5,162 nt of DNA from IMG/VR virus record IMGVR_UViG_2531839661_000003; one strand, given 5' to 3'. Shown here in pieces: positions 1 through 5,162 of this stretch; within the stretch, counting starts at the first letter, position 1; each line of letters starts with the position of its first letter. Source of the DNA: a virus (lineage: Duplodnaviria > Heunggongvirae > Uroviricota > Caudoviricetes). Both the position numbers and the translations under genes were made by a program. The notes below the pieces were generated by a model. It saw nothing but the letters and a program-made list of their open reading frames with translations. It was not told the DNA's origin and did not search any database.

Positions 1-492
1 GCCAGTATTGAACTGACGCCGGGCTATTTTCAGATAACGGTGGTCCCGCATCCTGCGGTGTATGACCCGACGGTACAGCATGAATTCTGGTTCTCAGAAA
101 AACGCATCACGGACACGGCACAGGTGGAAACCTCAGCCCGTTATCTGGGGACCGGCAGCCAGTGGAGCGTCTCCGGCCCGCACATTAAGCCCGGGAAGGA
201 TTTCTGGTTTTATGTGCGCAGCGTCAACCTGGTGGGGAAATCTGCGTTTGTGGAGGCCAGCGGGCAGGCCAGCAATGATGGTGAAGGGTATCTGGAAATT
301 TTCCGTGGGCTGATAGACGAGGCGCTGCTGGGGCAGGCACTGAAAGAGCGTATTGATGCGTCAGCCCTGCGTACTGAGGTCACGCAACTGGAAGAAGACA
401 TCCGCCAGCGGCTGGAGACGGATGTTGCGGAAGTGACCCGAAAAATCGGGAGCGGAAAACAGCCTCACGCAGCTGGTTGCGAAAAAGAATGA
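1..492 (+). CDS. J: Host specificity / central tail fibre protein J, internal portion; 5' end lies off-window and the frame ends prematurely at TGA 490-492
   Basis: Frame 1 is open from base 1, so the M at 40 in the ORF track is an internal GTG, not a real start. The translation ([14 protein letters not shown]...[10 protein letters not shown]...[17 protein letters not shown]...) closely matches the region of lambda gpJ preceding its C-terminal receptor-binding part, as I recall it. The reading frame continues in frame 2 (see next feature). Confidence 0.85.
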   Translation, partial: ASIELTPGYFQITVVPHPAVYDPTVQHEFWFSEKRITDTAQVETSARYLGTGSQWSVSGPHIKPGKDFWFYVRSVNLVGKSAFVEASGQASNDGEGYLEIFRGLIDEALLGQALKERIDASALRTEVTQLEEDIRQRLETDVAEVTRKIGSGKQPHAAGCEKE

Positions 493-517
493 GGACCAGA
501 CGCTGGCCATCGCGCAG

Positions 518-1540
518 GTGAGTCAGCAGGTGGACCGGGTGAGCAGTGAAATCACACAGACCGTCAGCCAGAGCACGGAGGAAAACGCCAGGCAGATAGC
601 GCAGGTCCGCCAGTACGTGGATGACAAAGGGAGTGAAATCACCTCGACCACGGATAAAAAGCTGGAAGACCAGAGCGCCACCATACAGCAGATACAGCAG
701 GTCCAGTCAGACACGAATGATGAGCTGGCAGCGCTGTACATGCTGAAGGTGCAGAAAACGAAAAACGGCATTCCGTATGTTGCCGGTATTGGTGCGGGGA
801 TTGAGGATGCTGATGGCCAGCCCCTGAGCAATATACTGCTGCAGGCGGACCGTATCGCGATGATTAACCCGGAGAACGGCAACACCACGCCGCTGTTTGT
901 GGCGCAGGGGAATCAGCTGTTTATGAACGACGTGTTCCTGAAGCGACTGTTTGCAGTGAGCATCACCTCGTCCGGCAATCCCCCGATGTTCTCCCTGACG
1001 CCGGAGGGCAGGCTGACGGCCCGCAATGCTGACATCAGCGGACATATCAGTGCGAACTCGGGCACGCTCAATAATGTCGTGATAGCGGAGAACTGTACGA
1101 TAAATGGCACGCTGAAAGCGGAGAACATTATTGGTGATCTTGTGAAATGTGCAGGGGTGGCTTTTCCGGTGGATGGTAGTTACCTTGCGAACGGTACACG
1201 AACGCTGACGGTGTATGACGATCACAGCTTTGACCGGCAGATTATAATCCCGCCGATAATCTATGTCGGGTCAAAACAGGAATCCCGCACCAGTAATGAC
1301 ATCTGGACAGAGTGCTTCCTGCATGTTGATCAGAACGGACGCCGGATTTATTCAGGCAGGTCAGTGGAAGAGCCGGGAATTTTCAGCGGGATCATCGATA
1401 TGCCAGCTGGCGGTGGTCATATCACCCTGAGTTTTACCGTGAGCTCACGGCGTCAGAATAACAGTTGGGGCAGTTCACGAATCAGTAACCTTCAGGCGAT
1501 AGTGGTGAAGAAAAACAGCGCGGGGATCAGCATCCGCTGA
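518..1540 (+). CDS. J: Host specificity protein J, C-terminal (receptor-binding) portion; frame 2 is open from 437, so the true continuation begins upstream of the listed GTG at 518
   Basis: The translation ([20 protein letters not shown]...[20 protein letters not shown]...[22 protein letters not shown]...[13 protein letters not shown]...[16 protein letters not shown]...) is near-collinear with the lambda gpJ C-terminus ([35 protein letters not shown] motifs) from memory. Stop TGA at 1538-1540. Confidence 0.85.
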   Translation: MSQQVDRVSSEITQTVSQSTEENARQIAQVRQYVDDKGSEITSTTDKKLEDQSATIQQIQQVQSDTNDELAALYMLKVQKTKNGIPYVAGIGAGIEDADGQPLSNILLQADRIAMINPENGNTTPLFVAQGNQLFMNDVFLKRLFAVSITSSGNPPMFSLTPEGRLTARNADISGHISANSGTLNNVVIAENCTINGTLKAENIIGDLVKCAGVAFPVDGSYLANGTRTLTVYDDHSFDRQIIIPPIIYVGSKQESRTSNDIWTECFLHVDQNGRRIYSGRSVEEPGIFSGIIDMPAGGGHITLSFTVSSRRQNNSWGSSRISNLQAIVVKKNSAGISIR

Positions 1541-1738
1541 ACATCGCGCCCCGGGATTGCCGGAAGGAGACAAAAACCGTACAGTATGCGCGGGTGCCTT
1601 TGGCTGATGGCCGGAGGGAACACCTGAAGGCCGGATGTGAAAAGGCCCCGGACAAAACATTCATGTTTAACCCGAGGCCTGACTTTCGATCTTCAGCAAA
1701 TTGAAGGTTAGCGCCTCTCCGTAAAAGGAGCAAGCGTT

Positions 1739-1879
1739 ATGTCGCAAAAACCGTTAAAAACCACCGTGATTTGTATCACGGTAGTGCTCATTACCTGGAT
1801 CACCCACAGTTCACTGTGCGAGTTCCGGTTCCGGATAGCGGGCGCGGAGATTGCGGCGTTCTTACAGTGTAAGCGGTAA
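1739..1879 (+). CDS. Hok/Gef-family type I toxin-like small membrane protein (46 aa), not in the supplied ORF track
   Basis: ATG 1739 is preceded by AAGGAG (1725-1730) with an 8-nt spacer; stop TAA 1877-1879. Translation: MSQKPLKTTVICITVVLITWITHSSLCEFRFRIAGAEIAAFLQCKR. It has an N-terminal hydrophobic helix (VICITVVLITW) followed by the Hok-family signature SLCE[FI]R[FY]R...E[IV]AAF[LM]; compare plasmid R1 Hok ...[21 protein letters not shown] and chromosomal HokA ...SLCEL...ELAAFLACK (recalled, not searched). Confidence 0.6.
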   Translation: MSQKPLKTTVICITVVLITWITHSSLCEFRFRIAGAEIAAFLQCKR

Positions 1880-1976
1880 GAAACCGTGGCGGAGGAGTGT
1901 ACCTTCCCCGCCGACCGGTTGCTGAGGGTGATCAGCCGGATGGCACCTTTTTAACATCAATAAATCACAAATTTTA

Positions 1977-2010
1977 CCGCAGGCCGGGAAACCGGTCCTG
2001 CGGTTTTTTT
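1977..2010 (+). terminator. Rho-independent terminator: ~11-bp GC-rich stem with one bulge, GAAA loop, followed by T7
   Basis: CCGCAGGCCGG (1977-1987), loop GAAA (1988-1991), CCGG-T-CCTGCGG (1992-2003), TTTTTTT (2004-2010). The reverse complement of the right arm is CCGCAGGACCGG, which matches the left arm apart from one bulged base. Confidence 0.7.
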
Positions 2011-2012
2011 AT

Positions 2013-2017
2013 GGAGG
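2013..2017 (+). promoter_or_regulatory. Shine-Dalgarno (GGAGG) for stf
   Basis: GGAGG at 2013-2017, 6-nt spacer to ATG 2024. Confidence 0.6.
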
Positions 2018-2023
2018 AAATCC

Positions 2024-3736
2024 ATGGCAGTCAGAATATCGGGTGTGCTGAAGGACGGGGCCGGTAAGCCGGTACCGGGATGCACGATAGAGCTGAAAGC
2101 GCGACGCACAACGGAGACGGTGATTGTCACCACGGTGGCGTATGGTCAGCCGGGGGAAACCGGCAGTTACAGTATGGATGTTGAGCCGGGGTTGTACCGG
2201 GTGACGCTGAACACGGAAGGGTACGCGCCGTCATATGTGGGTGACATTCTGGTGAAGGCGGACTCTGCACCGGGAACGCTGAATAAATTTCTGATGGACC
2301 TGGAGGACGCACAGTATTACCCGAAAGCCCTTGCAGAGCTGGAAGCGGTGGCCGCGGAAATCCTGAAACGTGCGGAAGCGTCAGCGGCGAGTGCAGAGGA
2401 AGCGAAGAAACGGGCAGAGAATGCGCGGGGACCGAAGGGGGATAAGGGAGACACCGGGCCACAGGGTATTCCCGGGCCAAAAGGCGATACCGGCGAGCGT
2501 GGGCCAAAGGGTGAGCGTGGTGAGACAGGCCCACAGGGGGTACAGGGGCCACGGGGTGAAACCGGACCCGTGGGACCGCAAGGAGAGGCGGGTATTCAGG
2601 GGCCTGCTGGTCCTGCGGGCCCGCGAGGCGAAACCGGAGCCAGAGGCGAAAAAGGAGAGCCGGGAGATCCCGGAGGACCTCCGGGACCAAAAGGTGACAC
2701 TGGCCCCAGAGGGGAGCCGGGGCCTCAGGGCCCGGCAGGTCCGAGAGGACCAGCCGGAGAGAGAGGGCCGCAAGGATTGCAGGGTGTGGCAGGGGAGAGA
2801 GGCGATACAGGTCCGGCTGGTCCACAGGGCGCTACCGGCCCCAGAGGACCACAAGGGGAAAAAGGGGATAAAGGTGACCCCGGCCCGGCAGGCCCTGCCG
2901 GTGAGCGGGGGCCGAAAGGTGAGCGAGGTGCAACGGGCCCCGTGGGGCCGCAGGGGGCGACGGGGCCAAAGGGCGATAAAGGCGATAAAGGCGAGAGAGG
3001 AGCGCAGGGGCCAGCGGGTCCGGCAGGGAAGTCTGCCAGTCTGGATGATATTGCCGACAAGGAGGCGTTTATTCGTAAGCTTGGGGTGGCAAGAGCTTAC
3101 GGGCGTGATCTCAAAACAGGAGAAGGGGAGTGGACGACAGAAGAGTTCATCAACTGGCTGAAATCACAGGGTGCTTTTGAGGGTCCTTACTGGGTAATGA
3201 CCACGACGCGGTTACTCAACAGTAACCGTGTGATCACGGATGTGGATACTGATTTGGGTAAGAAAAAAATCACCCTGAGAGGATGCGCCATTGAAGTGAT
3301 GGGGTCATGGGAGAATGCGATAGTCCGGATCAGCGCAGGTGATGACCGGCCCTGGGATATGTTTTATGGCACGGACTGCACCTGCGTGGTCAGCGGCAGT
3401 ATAAAGAGCTATGAGTGGCGGTTTAACTACACTTCCATCAGACGCCCCTCAACAGCGAAACTGGATGTGAACGGATGGGAGCGGGATGAGGCAACAGGAA
3501 GAATACGGCAATGGGGGCAGAAACAAGTTGTCCGGCCAACCAGTGACGGAGACACACATACCATCTATTTCCCGATAGCTTTTCCGTCAGCGGCGCTGAA
3601 TGTCATTGTATCACCGGTAGGTTCACCGGGAAATTTCACGGGGTATGCCCTTTCAGAACCGTTGCTGAAGTCGGTAATACTGACGGTCAGTAAGGACACA
3701 TACGGGCTGTTTTACTGGGAGGCCATTGGCTACTGA
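2024..3736 (+). CDS. stf: Side tail fibre protein (Stf) with lambda-Stf-like N-terminal domain, collagen-like Gly-X-Y tract and divergent C-terminal domain
   Basis: N-terminus [28 protein letters not shown]...[10 protein letters not shown]...[10 protein letters not shown] is near-identical in pattern to the lambda Stf N-terminus ([28 protein letters not shown]...YSMDVEYGQY...SQPGTLNDFL, recalled). Residues ~136-337 are uninterrupted GXY triplets apart from one break. Strong SD upstream; stop TGA 3734-3736. Confidence 0.9.
   Translation: MAVRISGVLKDGAGKPVPGCTIELKARRTTETVIVTTVAYGQPGETGSYSMDVEPGLYRVTLNTEGYAPSYVGDILVKADSAPGTLNKFLMDLEDAQYYPKALAELEAVAAEILKRAEASAASAEEAKKRAENARGPKGDKGDTGPQGIPGPKGDTGERGPKGERGETGPQGVQGPRGETGPVGPQGEAGIQGPAGPAGPRGETGARGEKGEPGDPGGPPGPKGDTGPRGEPGPQGPAGPRGPAGERGPQGLQGVAGERGDTGPAGPQGATGPRGPQGEKGDKGDPGPAGPAGERGPKGERGATGPVGPQGATGPKGDKGDKGERGAQGPAGPAGKSASLDDIADKEAFIRKLGVARAYGRDLKTGEGEWTTEEFINWLKSQGAFEGPYWVMTTTRLLNSNRVITDVDTDLGKKKITLRGCAIEVMGSWENAIVRISAGDDRPWDMFYGTDCTCVVSGSIKSYEWRFNYTSIRRPSTAKLDVNGWERDEATGRIRQWGQKQVVRPTSDGDTHTIYFPIAFPSAALNVIVSPVGSPGNFTGYALSEPLLKSVILTVSKDTYGLFYWEAIGY
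2429..3034 (+). repeat. Collagen-like Gly-X-Y triplet-repeat coding tract inside stf (28 triplets, one extra Pro, then 39 triplets)
   Basis: The translation runs [25 protein letters not shown]...[12 protein letters not shown] with Gly at every third residue. The single register break is GGP-P-GPK at nt ~2675-2689. A local 9-bp tandem duplication GGCGATAAA occurs at 2972-2980 and 2981-2989. Confidence 0.85.
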
Positions 3737-3742
3737 GGAGGG
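3737..3742 (+). promoter_or_regulatory. Shine-Dalgarno (AGGAGG) overlapping the stf stop, for the downstream small ORF
   Basis: AGGAGG at 3737-3742, ATG at 3746; the arrangement indicates translational coupling to stf. Confidence 0.5.
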
Positions 3743-3745
3743 AGA

Positions 3746-3958
3746 ATGGAACAGTATTTTTTTTCGCCATCAAATAATGCGTTTTATCCGGCCTCGCTTC
3801 GTTCGGTTTATGAGGCTGCCGGAAGCTGGCCGGAAGACTGTGTTGTTGTGGCGAGTGCCGTGTATAAGGTCTTTTCTGCCAGTGCAGCCCCGGCAGGAAT
3901 GGAGAGGTGTGTGGGGCCGGAGAATATGCCGATCTGGAGAGATGCGGGGCAACGATAA
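3746..3958 (+). CDS. Tail fibre assembly protein-like N-terminal fragment (70 aa), probably a truncated remnant
   Basis: Placed immediately after stf with a coupled SD, as tfa genes usually are. The translation MEQYFFSPSNNAFYPASLRSVYEAAGSWPEDCVVV... resembles the N-terminal pattern of one Tfa family (...FYP...AGSWP-DG-V-VS...), from memory only. It ends at TAA 3956-3958 after 70 codons, far shorter than a typical Tfa (~190 aa). Confidence 0.4.
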   Translation: MEQYFFSPSNNAFYPASLRSVYEAAGSWPEDCVVVASAVYKVFSASAAPAGMERCVGPENMPIWRDAGQR

Positions 3959-3966
3959 GCGGGGCA

Positions 3967-4644
3967 ATGATGGTAAATATTAAAAACTTCATCTGGTATA
4001 CGCCGGAAAATCCGGATGTTCCGGGGGCGATGTACCTGAAATCAGAGGATGGTCAGGACTGGTATGAGTGTCTGCCCTTGTTTTCGCCGGATACGCTGAA
4101 AGTGGTTTATAACAGTGCAGGGGTTATCACTGATATCAGCAGGGACGTACAGGCGCTGTGGCCAGCGAATCAGAGTATTGCGGAGGTGGCGGATACGGAA
4201 GAAAACCGCAAAGCTGATATCTCGGGGCGGTGGGGCTTTGACGGGGAGAAAATCACGGATCTGCTGACCGCGGAGAAAGCGCGCGGGATGAAGGGCGATG
4301 AAATAAACGCGTGGCGTAATGCGATGGAGGCGGCGAACTACACGTTTGAGCACAATGGCCGGAAATGGGACTACGGGAAGTCAACGCAGACGCGTCTTGA
4401 GCCATCGGTGGCGGCAGCGAAAGCGGGGAAACTGCCGGAGGCGTTTTTCTGGACGGATGCGGAAAACAATGATGTGCCGGTGACAGCAGAAGAGCTTATT
4501 GCGCTGAGTGAAGCGGCAGAGCAGGCGATGTTCACCAAAGGGATGGAAATCCACATTCGCCAGCGCACCATGAAGAAGGACCTGGAATCGCTGAGCAGTG
4601 CGGATGAGATCCTGGCATACAGGGTTGGCTGGGCACAGGAATAA
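3967..4644 (+). CDS. tfa: Tail fibre assembly protein (Tfa), Mu gpU / P2 gpG-like N-terminal domain; alternative upstream GTG start at 3907
   Basis: MMVNIKNFIWYTPENPDVPGAMYLKSEDGQDWYE...PDTLKVVYNSAGVITDISRDVQALWPANQSIAEVADTEENRKADISGRWGFDGEKI parallels Mu U / P2 G (...LYSDDGKNWYE...ADTLKMVYDHNGVI...[32 protein letters not shown], recalled). ATG 3967 is chosen by homology; the frame is open from 3868 and the ORF track uses GTG 3907. Stop TAA 4642-4644. Confidence 0.75.
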   Translation: MMVNIKNFIWYTPENPDVPGAMYLKSEDGQDWYECLPLFSPDTLKVVYNSAGVITDISRDVQALWPANQSIAEVADTEENRKADISGRWGFDGEKITDLLTAEKARGMKGDEINAWRNAMEAANYTFEHNGRKWDYGKSTQTRLEPSVAAAKAGKLPEAFFWTDAENNDVPVTAEELIALSEAAEQAMFTKGMEIHIRQRTMKKDLESLSSADEILAYRVGWAQE

Positions 4645-4654
4645 CAGACAAAAA

Positions 4655-4680
4655 GATGGGGGACCATCACCTCCCCCATG
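4655..4680 (-). terminator. Hairpin (8-bp stem ATGGGGGA/TCCCCCAT, 8-nt loop) with the U-tract on the minus-strand side; likely terminator for the convergent dinI-like transcript, possibly bidirectional
   Basis: Stem 4656-4663 / 4672-4679. On the + strand it is preceded by ACAGACAAAAAG, which on the minus strand is CTTTTTGTCTGT immediately 3' of the hairpin. There is no T-run after it on the + strand. Confidence 0.5.
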
Positions 4681-4751
4681 AACTGCGTTGATTATGTCAT
4701 TATTGTGAAGGTATTCACTATGCCGGGTAAATAGTGCCACGGAAAAGTTAA

Positions 4752-4823
4752 TTCCGGAAGTGACGGAACTCTCATTTTTCGTGCATCCTGTTGATATGGA
4801 TGATTTTTCATATTTCCGGAAGT
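4752..4823. repeat. Two exact copies of the 10-mer TTCCGGAAGT (containing the 8-bp palindrome TTCCGGAA), 62 bp apart, in a non-coding spacer
   Basis: Copies at 4752-4761 and 4814-4823, read directly from the sequence. Confidence 0.6.
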
Positions 4824-4913
4824 CCGTATTTTGCCCGGGCGCGGTTGCATGCTTCATTCGCGATGCCATTTTTGCCGGATATAGCGAGTTTTCTGCATGT
4901 TGACGTTTTTTAG

Positions 4914-5162
4914 TCAGTGAATAAACCAGTCGTCCGCTGTTTCCCAGACATTTTGAAGTGTTTCTTGTACAAACTCTTGCGCGGATTCTTTATCCACGGC
5001 TCTTAAAATAGTGAGTCCATCATTGCTGGCAGATTTAACGATCACTTCTACATCGTCATAACGCTTACTGATTTGTCGCAGCATTTCTTGCTGTAGGGCA
5101 GGAATAGAACCTTTTGGCATTTTGCTGATTTTTTCTTTAGCGATACAGATCTCAATTCGCAT
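4914..5162 (-). CDS. DinI-family (DNA-damage-inducible protein I-like) protein, 82 aa; start codon is the last three bases of the window
   Basis: Minus-strand translation [82 protein letters not shown] aligns along its length with E. coli DinI (MRIEVTIAKTSPLPAGAIDALAGELSRRI...ETWESADDWF, recalled). Its promoter would lie beyond base 5162. Confidence 0.8.
   Translation of the reverse strand: MRIEICIAKEKISKMPKGSIPALQQEMLRQISKRYDDVEVIVKSASNDGLTILRAVDKESAQEFVQETLQNVWETADDWFIH

Noticed and set aside
437-492. Programmed ribosomal frameshifting in J
   Set aside because: The required shift is +1 and there is no canonical slippery heptamer or downstream structure; a 1-bp insertion in the A5 run explains it more simply. 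Programmed frameshifting is known for lambda G/GT, not for J.
62-1225. Alternative-frame and antisense ORFs inside J (62-313 +, 210-401 -, 523-888 -, 707-1225 -, 913-1128 -)
   Set aside because: They are fully embedded in the strongly J-homologous frames and have no protein-like features or start signals.
1475-1733. Minus-strand ORFs 1475-1660 and 1527-1733 in the J-stf spacer
   Set aside because: No SD, no recognisable features, and they overlap the J 3' end; the plus-strand hok-like ORF explains this region better. A Sok-like antisense RNA is not excluded, but these ORFs are not evidence for one.
2429-3034. Collagen triplet repeats as a possible CRISPR array or tandem-repeat non-coding element
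   Set aside because: The periodicity is 9 bp / 3 codons within an intact coding frame, with no repeat-spacer architecture of ~28-37 bp repeats.
2127-3161. Four long ORFs overlapping the stf collagen tract (2127-2825 -, 2370-3161 +, 2381-2854 -, 2725-3060 -)
   Set aside because: They are artefacts of the GC-rich, stop-poor GGN-CCN repeat. Their translations are low-complexity Pro/Arg/Gly-rich strings and they lie entirely inside the well-supported stf reading frame.
3687-3992. ORFs 3687-3992 (-), 3726-3983 (+) and 3770-3967 (-) overlapping the stf end and the tfa-like fragment
   Set aside because: They compete with the coupled, SD-preceded ORF at 3746 and with the stf 3' end, and have no start signals or family resemblance.
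4042-4869. Minus-strand ORFs 4042-4353, 4371-4679 and 4381-4869 antisense to tfa and running through the 4656-4679 hairpin
   Set aside because: They are antisense to a well-supported Tfa gene, the longest would translate across a terminator hairpin, and there is no SD before ATG 4869.
4796-4909. Plus-strand 37-codon ORF ([15 protein letters not shown]...) in the tfa/dinI spacer
   Set aside because: No ribosome-binding site, and the sequence is not recognisable; likely chance in AT-rich DNA.
4920-4960. Possible LexA box near CTGTTTCCCAGACATT inside the dinI-like gene
   Set aside because: CTGT is not followed by ACAG at the N8 spacing, and the site is inside the coding region rather than the promoter.

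Overview
This window is the tail-tip / tail-fibre end of a lambda-like (lambdoid) prophage late operon, read left to right on the + strand, followed by a convergent accessory gene. All identifications rest on reading the translations and recalling protein families; no database search was run. Contents: (1) the 3' two-thirds of the host-specificity / central tail fibre gene J, split by an apparent +1 frameshift near 437-492; (2) a ~480 bp spacer where lambda carries lom, which instead holds an unlisted 46-codon ORF with the hallmarks of a Hok/Gef-family type I toxin, followed by a strong intrinsic terminator; (3) a side tail fibre gene (stf) with a lambda-Stf-like N-terminus, a ~200-residue collagen-like Gly-X-Y tract and a non-lambda C-terminal domain; (4) a short, apparently truncated tail-fibre-assembly-like ORF translationally coupled to stf, then a full-length tail fibre assembly (Tfa) gene of the Mu U / P2 G type in another frame; (5) an AT-rich non-coding spacer with a hairpin terminator oriented for the minus strand and a duplicated palindromic 10-mer; (6) a complete DinI-family gene on the minus strand. 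The most interesting candidate is the Hok-like toxin module between J and stf. No rRNA, tRNA, CRISPR array or transposase was seen.
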